Assembly (NCBI RefSeq): GCF_006345805.1
Contig: NC_042999.1
Span: 98,022,001-98,086,000, forward strand
From: Octopus sinensis
Taxonomy: Eukaryota
DNA: 64,000 bases
Direction of reading: 5' to 3'
The notes under the pieces are model-generated. The model saw only the letters and a program-made list of their open reading frames with translations. It made no database searches and was not told where the DNA came from. Shown piece by piece: positions 1 through 12,634 of this stretch (position 1 is its first letter; every line of letters begins with the position of its first letter). Made by a program: the position numbers and the translations under genes.

Positions 1-390
1 ATCCTCTCTCTTCTTCATAATTTGAGTGGATAGTATACTTTTGGGGTAGTTGTTGCTTAAAAGATCGTTATTGAGTTTGATCATTACTTTGTGGTGTGTA
101 CCACGATCGCTACTTATATTCTTTGCACGATGTTTTAGGCACTGAGCAATCTTTCTCTTTACACTGAATGGATGGTGGGAATTGAAGTTGAGGTATCGTC
201 TAATAAAGGTCGGCTGGCGCTATACGGATGTCCTGAATCCATACTTGGTGCGTGTTTATTGAGGTCACATGATCTAACAGCACTTGGACATCTCCCTGTG
301 GGGCCAGAGTATAAAGGTGTCAACATATCGCAGCTATAGGGTTGGTTTTAGTGGTGTTGATCCTGAAGCCAAATTCCATCGAATGTAAAT
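1..390 (-). pseudogene. Penelope-like element reverse transcriptase fragment (decayed)
   Basis: Manual minus-strand translation gives KPTL*LRYVD-TFILWPH and V*RQPTFIRRYLNFNSHHPFSVKR..LKHRA, the PLE RT YVDD region and C-terminal RT motifs, with stops and frameshifts. Confidence 0.8.
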
Positions 391-569
391 AATGAACAGG
401 GTATTTTTGTGTGTGTGGTATGTATGTATGTATGTATGTATGTATGTATGTATGTATGTATGTATGTATGTATGTGCAGACTTTTTTTTTTTATGCATGT
501 ATTCTTATGCATATAGTTACATATCTAGATATGCTCATATATATTTAAATGATAAACTTCTGGAAAGTT

Positions 570-890
570 TTACAGATTTTTACAGTTCCAGTGATGGATT
601 GAATCTGTAGTCTTCGAATTAGCTTTCTCCTTTCTTGTTTTTGAGAAACCTAATTTCTGTAGATTGGTATTTAGACAGTGTGTTACATATCTCAGAGCCC
701 CAATAATTACAGGTATAAACCTGAACATGTAATTTGGGTAGAGTAACTGCAGATTTCTCAATAGTTCAGCATAGCTGCCCTTTTTTTCATTGATCTTCAG
801 CTTTATGTTAACACCCGCTAGGCAGTTAATTTCTACAACTGTGCGCAGTTTCTCTTCTCAATCCCAAATCATTATATCAGGTCTGTTGTG
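570..890 (-). mobile_element. R4/Dong-like non-LTR retrotransposon 3' fragment (C-terminus of restriction-like endonuclease)
   Basis: ORF 570-761 contains LQLLYPNYMFRFIPVIIGAL, the IIGALG-type motif also seen at 62055-62294. Confidence 0.65.
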
Positions 891-1335
891 CTTACATTTT
901 TATTGATGTATGTATGTATGTATGTATGTATGTATGTATGTATGTATGTATGTATGTATGTATGTATGTTTGTATATGTATGTATGTATGTATGTGCGTA
1001 TGTATGTATGCATGTGCGTATGTATGCAATTTTCTTCGAGTTTTGTTTAAGTTCTTCTTAAGAGGGTCCAAGCTAGATGCTAACAAAGCGACAAGACTTT
1101 TTGAGTGAAGAGAGTTCCTGGTGTTTGTGAATATGTGGTTGAGTTTGTGTATTGGTTGAACTGTCGATGCACTCACCCAAGCGAGTGCATCTATTCCTCT
1201 AATGAATCTCAGATGGAGAATCTTTGGAATGCCTTACAAATCTTCACGGTGTCGCTAATATATTGGATTTGGAGAATCCCAGTCAGTTTCTTTTTCTCTT
1301 TCTTCGGAAAGATTTTGTACGTATATAACCTAATA

Positions 1336-1624
1336 CAGTGCTCCTCAAATTATCTAATTTTTTTCCAGTGAGCCAGAGACCGGTAATATTTCTTAGTAAT
1401 ATTAATTTATACCGGAAGCAATATATATATATAATGAATATAATAAAAGTTGACAATTTTTTAATCTTATATTTTGTAAACAAATACAATATTACATAAG
1501 CACTTTATAAGTATTTTATAAGCATTTAAAATGTTTCTTTCTTTTCTGGAAATTCGCCGCGTACCGGCAGCTGATGGCTCGCGGTCCGACACCGGTCCGC
1601 GGACCACCACTTTGAGTAGCACTA
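1336..1624. mobile_element. hAT/Charlie-like MITE
   Basis: TIRs CAGTGCTCCTCAAA ... TTTGAGTAGCACTA; 8-bp flanks ACCTAATA / GCCTAATG (6/8 match) fit a decayed hAT TSD. Confidence 0.7.
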
Positions 1625-1884
1625 GCCTAATGCACTTATAATGATAGGTACAAATGAAAATTTACAGTCAGGGTAAAAAAAAAACTGTAAGTTCCACATT
1701 AATTCACCATAAAGGTTCTCCTTTTCTTGTACGTTGATATCGTTGGGTATGGATGTATGTATATTATAGCTTTATTTTCATAATTTATATCTCACCAATA
1801 GAGAAACAGCTGGTGCCCAACCCAGTAATAAAGCCTCTTTGTTAGAATTGGGACAAATTTCCCACGAATATATAGCCGTTGAAA

Positions 1885-2098
1885 GGCGGTGAGCTGGCAG
1901 AATCGTTAGCACGCCGGGAAGAATGCTTAGCGGCATTTCGTCCGTCTTTACGTTCTGAGTTCAAATTCCGCTTAGGTCGACTTTGCCTTTCACCCTTTCG
2001 GGGGTTGATAAAATTAGTAGCAGCTGAGCCCTGGGGTCGATGTAATTGACTAGCCTCCTTCCAGAAAGTTTCAGGCCTTGTTCCTATAGAAGAAAGGA
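1885..2098 (+). mobile_element. tRNA-derived SINE (family with GGCGGCGAGCTGGCAGAATCGTTAGC head)
   Basis: A-box-like head and GTTCAAATTCC B box; several homologous copies in the window. Confidence 0.85.
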
Positions 2099-2173
2099 TA
2101 TATATGTACCATACACATTACATACACTATACATACAAACATCTTTCTCTCTATCTATCATCTCTCTCTTCCC

Positions 2174-2230
<57 letters not shown>

Positions 2231-2279
2231 CTATAAGGTGAGCAAAAATGTACGTATGCTTCTATATGTATATATAAAT

Positions 2280-2775
2280 ATAAAAGATGGAACAAAAACG
2301 CAATAGAGGACAATAAAACATCCGGACAGATAGACGATACAAGGGCGGACAGGAAAAACAACAATTAGAGGGACATGAAAAAAAAAAGGACAAAGGCTTT
2401 TACTTTATACATGCCAGCTCAATCTGATTCGTCTTCAGTCGAAAGACACCTGTTGTTATATTCTTGTTGTTTGTACCTGTAATTGTGTACCATCTTCTCC
2501 GTTTTTTTTGTCTTTGTCGTACTCATTCGCTAGCTTCCTTACAAGAAATCTAATGCTTTTAGCTTTGACTTTTTTTGGAGGCAACCAGATCGAACAGCCT
2601 CAAGAGTAACTACCTGAAACTGTAAGGACATCTGGTAACTTGACTGATGAAAGAAGGCCACGAATGACCCGTCCTTTTTTCCCCTGTCCCTCTAATTGTT
2701 GTTTTTCCTGTCTGCCTTTGTATCATCTATCTAAATGTTTATTTGTCCTCTATTGCACTTTTGTTCCGTTTATAT
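2280..2775. mobile_element. Non-autonomous Penelope-like element with ~110-bp inverted ends between (TA)n tracts
   Basis: 2280-2391 is the reverse complement of ~2671-2775; contains an HHR-like motif at 2584-2655; TA microsatellites on both sides. Confidence 0.6.
2584..2655 (+). ncRNA. Non-circularly permuted hammerhead ribozyme-like motif (degenerate, U16.1>C)
   Basis: ACAG(C)C-UCAAG ... GAAA-CUGU ... CUUGA-CUGAUGA: stem III ACAG/CUGU, stem I UCAAG/CUUGA, extra helix ACCAGAU/AUCUGGU; stem II weak. Confidence 0.55.
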
Positions 2776-2778
2776 ATG

Positions 2779-2818
<40 letters not shown>

Positions 2819-3289
2819 ATTTTGTTTCCAGCTGAAATCACATAAATTGCCTTATTATTTGTAGGCTTTACCCATTCTCAAGTCATTTCTGTAATAAACA
2901 GCTCAATGTTACATTTATAGACGAGATGAATTATAGAAATCACTGAATGAATATGTTAACAATACACCATAAATTAGAATATTGCTAACGAAAATTTCTG
3001 GCCTTAGTTTTAGAGTGTAGCTGAATTAGGTTTTCAGGTGTTACGTAAATTCAAAATATTTTAAATATATTTTGATTTGTAATAACAAAATGATAGTAAC
3101 TCTGAATGGATGTTCAAACTGAAGGTTTTCTAAAATCAAAATTTCATTTTCTTTGGGAAGATAATATCACAAAATATGTTAATCTTATTACAATCTTTGG
3201 TGTTTTGTAGTCTTTAACACAAAGACAGGGTGCTCGTGATAAATCAAAATGTATCAACTAGATTATAACTGGGGGATAATAGTTTACTC

Positions 3290-3780
3290 AAAGGAGCTTC
3301 CTCTGCTTTCACCACGGCCTCAAGGTGGTTTCGGAACCTGGTGCATTTGTTCCAGACTGTGTCACTGGGATGATCTTCGAACACCTCCTTGATTTTGGCC
3401 ACTAATTCGGCCTTGGATGTTACAGGCTGTGTGGTTGTTGTTTACCTCAACTGCATCCAACACATAATAAACCATGGGATTAAATCAGGTAAATTAAGAG
3501 GCCAGAAACTGATGTTGACGAAGTTATAGAAATTCTCCTACAACCTCTTCTGATTCTTTCCGGAGATTTGGCAAGGATCCAAATCCTGCTGCCCTACATA
3601 TCGCCTTCAAGCAGCGACTCTTTTTTTGCAGCTGACCATGTCACATCTTACAGCCTTTAATGTGCTCACAGAACATTGAGCAGCAGTCATGAAGTTGGCA
3701 TTTGAAGATCCAGCGCAAATCATGATACAGGTAATTCTTTTTCAATATTCAGCTGGCTTCCAGTCTTCTATGTTAGCTAA
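3290..3780 (-). pseudogene. Tc1/mariner-superfamily (maT-like) transposase fragment
   Basis: Minus-strand FWPLNLPDL-PM..YYVLDAVE resembles the WPPxSPDLNPxD catalytic motif; heavily decayed. Confidence 0.55.
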
Positions 3781-4134
3781 CTTTTTCTCAACTACAACTT
3801 TAATCTTTGTACCCCTACCTCCCCACCACAACACCTTTGACTGTTCACCAATACATCAAACTGTTCCTATAAAAAGGTGACATAAAAATCGTCCAATTTA
3901 ACCATAACACACAGTATTTTTCCAAAACCAAAGATCATTCTCAGATTACTAAAAGAATGTCGATGCTGATTAAACCATTCGTTAAAGTTATTTTTAGTTA
4001 ACCCATATAAAATCTGAAAAGTGAATTTTCAGTTGTAAATACTTTTACATGATAAAATATAAATTAGAGGATATTTTGCAGGCTGTGAGAACTGTGCGAG
4101 GAAGAAGTATTAGAAATAAATGGCTGACATTAGA

Positions 4135-4234
4135 NNNNNNNNNNNNNNNNNNNNNNNNNNNNNNNNNNNNNNNNNNNNNNNNNNNNNNNNNNNNNNNNNN
4201 NNNNNNNNNNNNNNNNNNNNNNNNNNNNNNNNNN
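4135..4234. other. Assembly gap (100 N)
   Basis: Run of N. Confidence 1.
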
Positions 4235-4288
4235 ATACATACATACATATATTATATATACATACATAATATATATACACATACATAC

Positions 4289-4319
<31 letters not shown>

Positions 4320-4402
4320 ATATATATATATATACATACATATATATATATATACATACATATATATATATATTATATATACATACATACATATATATAT
4401 AT

Positions 4403-4433
<31 letters not shown>

Positions 4434-4434
4434 A

Positions 4435-4578
4435 ATTAAAAAATAGGAAAAAATGTATAAGAATTTATCAAGTACTCAGCGTGAAAAACCTCGTAAGGGG
4501 AAAAAATTATAATTTTTATTCCCTTTAAGTTACATTTATTAATTTATATAAACGCACTACTACTTTCGAATGCGCTTA
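4435..4578. repeat. Terminal fragment related to the element end at 53940-54065
   Basis: AAGAATTTATCAAGTACTCAGCGTGAAAAACCTCGTAA resembles the reverse complement of 53987-54024; lies between (TA)n tracts. Confidence 0.5.
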
Positions 4579-4603
4579 ATATAAATATAAATATGTATAT
4601 ATG

Positions 4604-4694
<91 letters not shown>

Positions 4695-4752
4695 CATACA
4701 TATCTGTGAGCGTATATACTTGTGCATATATATGTGTATATATATATATATA

Positions 4753-7672
4753 AGATCCTAGAAGGACTTGTCCCAAACTTTGGTATCGAGAGTTACACAA
4801 ATGCCAGAACTGGGCGTCGCTGCGTGGTGCCAAGGACTCCAAATTTGCCCTCAAGGTGTAGGACAAGATACTCCCGAAGAACCTAAGAGACCGGCATGGG
4901 GAGGATGCAGATGTCTATAAAATGAAACTGGATCTCTTCTTGTCAGGTATCCCAGATGAACCAACTTCACGGCAGGAGGTGCAGATGAGGGCAGCTGCAT
5001 TGAACTCTCTCATGCACCAAATGGCAGTTGCTAAAAAGCATTCGTGAAGTAAAACCATGTTGCAACACCAAATGGCGGTGCCCCAGCATATATCCTTGGC
5101 ACTATGCAGTGGCGCTCAATAGCTTATATGCTTTCCCAATAGCTTATATGCTGCACAGAGGCTATCTTCTTCGAGTAGCTTCGTTGGATCGCCTCAAGTT
5201 CTGTGATTAACTTGACACTGGATGGTGACCATAGCTGAGAGCAACAGTCAAAGTGGCTTCGGACAAGTGTCCTCCAGAGGACCATCATGGTTCCCTGGTC
5301 TCTTGTTCTGAAGGTTCTAAGAATCCATCCGGTCAGCCGCCTACATTTCATTGCCAATTTAGCAACATGCACATGAAAGGTTGCATCATCACTCATGTAA
5401 ATACCCAGGTCTCGCACTGATTGTGCCTCTGGGATTGCAGTCCCTCCAGGTCCAGTGTATTTATTGGGTATTGCATTCAGTTTTGCGTGCTGATAGCATA
5501 GAGCTTGAAACTTTTCAGCATTGAACTGCATGCTATTCTTTTCAGCCCACTTGTATATTTTGTCCAGCTCACATTGCAGGTGCGTGGCTGAGAGCATGTC
5601 TGAGAGGGCCATTATGAACAGTAGTGGTCTCAAAACAGTGCCCTGTGGAACACCGCTCACTATTTGCGTGACTTCTATCCTTCAGAAAGTCATGAAGCCA
5701 CTCTCCCAATTTTCCAACTATGCCAAGATCACGCAGTTTGTGACATAGCATTCCATGATCGACTTTATCAAAGGCCTTTGCAAAGTCGAGATATATCACT
5801 TCCACATTTGAGTGGTTGAGCAGTCGTTTCAGCAGCCAGTCATAGTGTTGTAGGAGCTGAGTTAAGCAGCTTCTTCCTGGTCGGAAACCATGTTGAGTGT
5901 CAGGCAGCAAGTCATTTTCTTCAAGGAAGGTGATTAGTTTCCTTCTGACTATTCGTTCCATGATCTTGCTGATGCGTAAGGTCAGAGAGATAGGTCTGTA
6001 GTTCTTGGCCTCCGCTCTGCTACCTCCTTTATGAATAGGGCATATTTTACCTTCCTTCAAGTTTTCTTGGAAGTTTGCCAGTTGCAAGGAAGCTCTGAAA
6101 GAGGAACTGCAGTGGTCTTGCTAGGACTCTCTTACATACTTTTAGAAGGATTGCTGGGAATCCATCTGGGCCAGTAGCTGAGTTTGTTTTCATTTCATCA
6201 ATAGCCTTTATTACATCGTCTTCTTTTATATTGATGTAATCAATCATTGCTGCCTCCGATTTTATATCTGCAGTAGTAAAGAAGTCAGTTGGATTGCTGA
6301 CTTGAAAATGCCCTAGGGGTGGCGTGAAAATACTATTGAATTGCTCGTTTAGTATTTCACTTACCCTCATTAGATTTCCTGTGAGTGTGCCATCCTTTTC
6401 AAGGAGTGGCCCTATCCTACAGTGCACCGTAGCTGTTTCTTTGGCATACCTGTAGAAAGCTCTGGGGTTAGATGTTATGTTGTCTATAGCCCAGGCTTCT
6501 TTGTCTGCTCTTTCTTTTTCATGGGAGAGTTGCATACATTTTTCAATTTCCAACAGTTTTATTTTCAGGCGGGACTTTTCACTGCTTTCAATTTGTTTGT
6601 TTAGGCGATTTGAAACTTTTGTACGCCGTCTCATTAGAATTTTCCTCTCTCTGGGGATTTTGCTCTTGTGTACAGTGGCCTTTCTCTCTGGGACACATTC
6701 GTAGCATATGGCTTGCATTACAGACATGAATTGTTGAAGTTTCATGTCGATGTCTGGTGAGGATAGACATTCAGGCCAGTTTTGTTTGAGTATCTCTTTC
6801 TCAATTTGTTTCCAGTTTGCCTTATGGAAGTTCAAGCTGGAAAGATTCAGAGAGTTTCTTGTAGACTGCATGTCCATGCTTTCTTTTGGCCCGTACATGG
6901 TCAGCTCTACCATGTTGTGATCCGAGAGTAGTGTCGGTGTCACTTTCACATTATGGATGAGATCCATATTATTTGTGAAGCAGAGATCCAGTATGTTACC
7001 TGCCCTGGTTGGTTGGAGTATTACTTGCTCCATGTACAGAGTGTTGATGAGGTTCAGGAGGGACCTCGCCTTTCCTCGTTCACATCGTGTCATTCCTGGG
7101 AGAGAAAGGCTCTCGGGCCATCTGACATTGGGTAGATTGAAGTCCCCCATAAGAAGTACACTTATGTGTTGTTCTGATGTGACTAGAACTTCTATTTTTA
7201 TAAGGCAGTCTTCAAACTTGCCTACATGGCTTGGGGCATCTGGAGGGCGATATGTAGCACATATAACTACACCAAGTTGCCTTATATGTACAATTAGTGT
7301 GTCACACACCGAATTTGAGTATGACAAATGAACCTGGGGTGTGAGGTCCTCACGGATGTACATAGCAACTCCTCCATGACTCCTTTCTTTTCTGTCGGTC
7401 CGTAGTACAACATACTGTGGTATGTGTATCTCCGCATCTGCTATGTCCGGTTTCAGGTGTGTTTCCGTAAGTGCTATGCATAAGACTTGATTGCATGCAA
7501 CAAAGTCTCTCAAGAACGGGATTTTTGTCCTGTTACTGAGTGTTAGCAGTCCTCTGATGTTCAGTAGGAGCATCGAGGTGAGGTGTATGCTGTTGCTGGC
7601 GGTGTCCACCTTGGGTCTATTTGCTGTGGTGGTCTTGTGTATTGTGTCTGCGAGTTTGAGTTTGATGGAGCC
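4753..7672 (-). mobile_element. CR1/Jockey-group LINE, ORF2 (APE endonuclease + RT), frameshifted and internally deleted
   Basis: ORFs 6047-7774 (LLNIRGL, LTETHL, GGVAMY, YRPP, GDFN, LDL, SDH, GPDG), 5569-6087 (NYRPISL, QHGFRPGRSC, LDFAKAFDKVDH) and 5124-5660 (SGVPQGTVL, VRDLG); YADD segment absent. Confidence 0.92.
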
Positions 7673-8250
7673 AACAGTAAACAACATTAAATACCAAACA
7701 AATGAATTGAATACGCAAACAACGAGAGAAACAAATGGGAAACAGCACGAACAACACAAAGAGTGACTCTTCATCAGTTGTCTGCTGTCTATCTACTCAT
7801 TTCGAGCATTGAACGACAGAATGAGTCTTCGAAGACGGTTCCTCCCATAAGTACCAAAATAAAATTTTAGATTTATGGAGGGTGAAAGTTGGGAACAAAA
7901 ACAGGACAGTGGAGACATACAGGGAAACCAAACGAAAACAATCATAGAGAGCTGTTAGACCAGAACGAGGGTAAAATAGCGAACGTTGGAGAAATATTTT
8001 CTTTGGAAAGAGAAAAGATAGAAGAGAGAGATAGGATACGTCTAGTCCTTAGGACAGTCCTAAAGCAAAAGAAAGGTGATCTCGTGAGGAAAAGAAAGAT
8101 GGACGATGGTCACGTGTGAGCAATGAGAGAAAAAGAGAAAGAGGGGGAGAGAGACAAATAGAAAACGGTGAAGGGGAGACAAAAGGAATTAGAGAAAAGG
8201 ATGGGGGAGAAAGCAGTATAGAGTAGAGTCGCATTAAATGTAGGAATAAA
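7673..8250 (-). mobile_element. Non-autonomous HHR-bearing element, copy A (probable Penelope-like terminal repeat derivative)
   Basis: Clearly homologous along ~570 bp to 54116-54690; non-coding; carries permuted HHR at 7766-7839. Confidence 0.7.
7766..7839 (-). ncRNA. Non-circularly permuted hammerhead ribozyme-like motif, copy A
   Basis: Minus strand ACUCAU-U-CUGUCG..GCUC-GAAA-UGAGU..AGACAA-CUGAUGA-A-GAGU: stem III 6 bp, stem II GCUC/GAGU, stem I 4/6 paired. Confidence 0.6.
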
Positions 8251-8314
8251 TGGTATAGTCATCCATTTTATACAGCTCAACCAATTAGCGGTCTAATGGA
8301 GCTCCAGGAATATA

Positions 8315-8741
8315 AAATTAAGGAGAGAAGCAAATTTCAAAGGTCGGTGTACATATTCATTCAATCCATTTCAAATTATCTAAATTCTCCACAATATACA
8401 ATATACATAGTTATGTACACATATATGAGACATGATAAAAATTTATTAGAATTCACCAGCACATAAATACGGACATTTGGACCTCGCAAGTACATCTATG
8501 TATTTATATGTGTCTATATATTTATAAATTTTTATATGTTTACAAATTTTATGTATTTAAGAATTTTTATATATATTTATAAATCTTCGTATGTATATGT
8601 GTTTGTGAATTCTTATAAATGTGTTATCATGTCTCGTATATGCATCTATTCATATTGTATACTGTGAAGCATTTCGATAATTTGAAATTGATTGAAGGTA
8701 TATGTACACCGACCTTTGAAATTTGCTTCTCTCCTTAATTT
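8315..8741. repeat. Diverged foldback/MITE-like element with ~160-bp inverted arms
   Basis: AAATTAAGGAGAGAAGCAAATTTCAAAGGTCGGTGTACATA at 8315 is the exact reverse complement of the segment ending at 8741; similarity continues inward with mismatches. Confidence 0.7.
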
Positions 8742-8763
8742 CACACACACATGAAGGCCGTTG

Positions 8764-8950
8764 AGGTGACAAGCTGACAGAATCGTTACCATGTAGGACA
8801 AAGTGCTTAGTGGCATATTTCGGTGTTTTACATTCTGAGTTCAAATTCTTCCAAGATCGACTGTACCTATTTTCCTTGCAGGGCCAATAAAATAAGCACC
8901 AATTAAACAATGTGATCGAATCCCCTTCTTGGTGTTGTACTGATATTAGA
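8764..8950 (+). mobile_element. tRNA-derived SINE (diverged)
   Basis: Homologous to 1885-2098. Confidence 0.75.
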
Positions 8951-9099
8951 AAAATTTATTAGTTAGCTTTTTATATTTCTTTTTTATTTTTAAAAATATT
9001 TTTTATTTTGATTTGTTTTTCTTTACTCTAAAGTATTTTTACAAATTACTTTTTCAGTTTTTTCTTTCAGGCTTCTACTTGTTTCAACCACTGATCTAC

Positions 9100-10745
9100 A
9101 GCTATTCTGGTGCAAGCAAAGAATGTACTTAAAAAATCGTTTCTTGCCAATTGACAACTTCACGCGTTGGAGTGCTAACTGCTCGTTTCTCGGGAAATAC
9201 TACCCTGAAGATCATCCAGAACTATGCTCCCACAAATGCTAGTGAAGACGATAAAGTGGAAGAAAGTGCTAGCGCACAAATCTGCTTGCACTGTAGTGAT
9301 GGGAGATTTCAACGAAAAGATCGGAAAAAGACTTCAAGGAGAGAAATATGATGAGAAGTTTGGAAATGAAAGAGAAGAAAGTTTGGTTATATGACAGAGG
9401 CAGAAGTCTTTAGGTTGGAAGCAGCCTATCCAGGAAGTAATCTGGAAGGAGATGGACCTGGATAACCCTAAACAGTACAAAAACGAAATAGACTGCATCT
9501 TGGTCGACAAACAGTGCATACTGCAGGTAAATCGCTAGCTAGGAGCAAAGCTCGTGAAAATCGAAGTCAAAGAGGAAAGGCTCTGCACATCTCAAAGAAT
9601 CAACGCATTAAAGGCCTTCGAAATGATATTGTTTTAGAGGGTGATTAAGAGGCAAGTTTAGTCAACTTGAAGAGCTCGATGAGGACTACTATTCACCGGT
9701 CCAAAAATTTTAGCGCTTCATGTGGAAGGCGAGAACTGCAAGCCAGCAGGAGCCCCACAGGAAAATCTCGAAGGAGACGTGGAAAATGCTAAAGAAGCGG
9801 AAAACTATGAAGAGAAACATGAAAGATCACTTCGAATATTTCGTTCTCGGCAAAGCGATCAAACAACATCTAGAAAATGACTTCGAAAATTATGGAAGGA
9901 AAAAGCTGATGCAGGCTGCAGAGAAAAATATCTCTAAAAAGGTGTAGGAGAGAGCTGGTGTTCTATAGGCCTGAGGTGACAGCACTTAAGAACAAGGATG
10001 AGCTCACGGTGACAGATAAAGGAGAAATGGAAGCGGTATGCAAAACCTTCTACACCAGCCTTTTGAAATCATCGGTGAAGCTCGATCCCCTACCGCCACA
10101 AATTTTGGAAGAAGTGTCACGTATTTTGGTCAGTGAAATTGAAAATGCTCTCAAATTGATAAAAACAGAGAAAGCTCCAGGAAAACATTGCGTAACAACT
10201 GAGATAATAAGGTTGGGATGTGGAAAGCTTTCGAAAATCCACTTTCTATACTTCAATCGCTATCTAAAGGAGAGTAAAATACCCTCGCTGTGAAAAGATC
10301 CGAATACGGTCCTGCTTCATAAGAAGGGGGATAAAAACTATCGTCCCATATGTCTCTTGTTTCACCGCTATAAGCTATTTACAATGATCATAATCAAAAG
10401 ACAATCGAAAACCTTGGTGATCAGCAGCCAGCTTTCTATATGAATATGTAATCCATCGTACTGTAGTACGATGGATTACATATTCACACTAACATAGCTG
10501 ATAGAACGTGCAAATGAGTACAAGCTACTTCTATGCATCATTTTCGTCGACTATGAAAAGGCTATTGATAGGGTCGAGATGAACGAAGAGCTAAAATCTC
10601 TAGAAATGCCACGTGTTGAGATGCAATATATCAAACCACACAAAGATGCGATTCTGAGTGTACAATATGAGTATGAGTTCCATTTGGGAAGGGTGTCAGA
10701 AAAGGAGATACCATCTCTTCACTGTTCTTCACTGCATGTCTTTGC
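9100..10745 (+). mobile_element. RTE-clade LINE remnant (endonuclease + RT)
   Basis: Fragments IIQNYAPT, WTW..KNEIDCIL, KAPGK, KKGDKNYRPICLL, FVDYEKAIDRVE across frameshifts and stops. Confidence 0.8.
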
Positions 10746-11400
10746 AGCCAATGGATTAAGATAGGGTAGTTAACTGCAAAACAAAATTGTCAGAGTAGAG
10801 CTTTCAAACACCTTGTGGAAGCAATTGGCAGGAAAGATAAACCCACAGAGAATTCTGGAAGAATTTCAGCATAATGGATGCTTGATGCTAAGGTAACCGA
10901 TCCATGGAATGAAGTAAAACCCTCAACATAGAATAGTGCTTGCAAAATTTATGGGTAGTTTATATGTGTGAATTTATAAGTTTTCTACAAGAAAACAGAC
11001 TCGTGCACAAAATTCAGGAAGATATTGTGATATTTGCAAATGATGTGGGGTTTAGCGATGTCATAGAAGATGATGTCGTTGAGCTGCTGGTATCCCAGTG
11101 AGAAAGTTTGTCATACAAGGAGATGATGCAAATACAACAGGACCAAGTTGAGTATAGAGTTGAAAATACGGTAACTCCATCAACTTCACATAAATTGACT
11201 GCGAAGAGCATTGCTAAAGGGTTGGCACACATAGAAGAAGGTCTGTAAGTTTTTGCTGGAATAACACTAGTCGTGACCTTCACGTAAAAATTACAAAACG
11301 TGTGTACAATGAATTTAATTCGCACACTAAGCTGTACAAGATATGACGCACTGTAAGCATCAAACAATTTTTAATAGGTTCTTTGCACCTCAAGTAGATG
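10745..11400 (+). pseudogene. Tigger/pogo transposase C-terminal fragment
   Basis: QPMD.., EFWKNFSIMDA, WNEVKPST, GFSDVIEDDVVELL typical of Tigger transposases. Confidence 0.7.
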
Positions 11401-11954
11401 GTGATGATGACGAAGGTGTCTACATATTTTTGTGGTAAGCACGTATATTATTACAATATCACAATTATTATTTATTTCCTAAAGTATTTCTTTTCAAAAT
11501 AATAACTATTATACATAAAAGTGGTCGTATTGCCTGTTGTTGCTTTCCTTTCGAAAATGTCCGTTGTCATTTATATAGCATGAAAATCAATTGGAAAATT
11601 AATTTTGCTTCCCGGGATTTCGTGGCACAGTAAGATTATCAGGAACACATTAATAAGGGAGATTCCGCCCCCCTCCTCCTCCTAGATTTGGGCTAGAAGT
11701 AACGTTTATTCATTTATGGAATAGCTGTCTTACTCAGATGAAATATCTATCAACTTCACCTATTCTTTCTATGATTTATGTGAGATATTGTGAGGAAGGT
11801 ATTGGTAAAGTGCATCTCAACTTGATAGTTTAGGGAACAATATGTTCTACATTTATGTATATTGAATATTTTCTCTGCTTCCTCCTCCCTGTGTTTGTGT
11901 GTCTATGTGTTAGTGTGTTTACGTGTATAGACGCATATAAACTAGCCTTTATAC

Positions 11955-12023
<69 letters not shown>

Positions 12024-12634
12024 GTGTGTATATATGCATATATATATATGTATGTATGTACACACACACATATATCCCCCTCTCCCTCACCGTCTCTCCC
12101 CCTCTTTCTCGTCATATATGTATATAATATATATATATGTTTATATATAATATATATGTTTATATATATATATATATATATATATAATCATATATGGGCC
12201 GCATGATTATGTATCTGGAGAGAGAGAAAGAGAGAGAGAGGGAGAGAGTGGAGTGGAGAAGAGTAAGTGAACGAAGGAGGAGAAAGAATCCTATGTATTA
12301 ACAATTTTACCAAACAAGGAATACAGTATCTGACAGACGACACACTTAGTCATTTTAATCTATTCAATCTTTCGTTGAAGCAACCTGCCGTTATTTATAC
12401 GGATAACGAAGAAATACTTAATTCTTTTAAGACAGAAGCCAATATTCGTCTTTATACGAATATATAATTGTAATGCTCTTATACAGGGATTGAACCACTA
12501 ATCCTGTTTTCATTGGGATGTTTGTGACAATAATCATATATGTAAGTATGTATGTATGCATGCATTTAGGTATGTATGCATACATGTACGTATGCATGTA
12601 TTAATGTATGTACGTATGTACGTATGTATGTATG

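Noticed and set aside
2410-2450. CTGAAGA on the minus strand within the 2280-2775 element
   Set aside because: Could not complete a hammerhead core around it.
4049-4134. Possible psq-type HTH start of a pogo transposase
   Set aside because: Only 28 codons before the N gap; too short to call.
4540-4578. Possible 3' half of a hammerhead (GAAA-GUAGUA) on the minus strand
   Set aside because: CUGANGA half absent, truncated by (TA)n; insufficient support.
7889-8119. Similar ORFs at 7889-8119 and 54208-54549
   Set aside because: Similarity reflects two copies of the same repeat; no recognisable domain, and they are antisense to the ribozyme.
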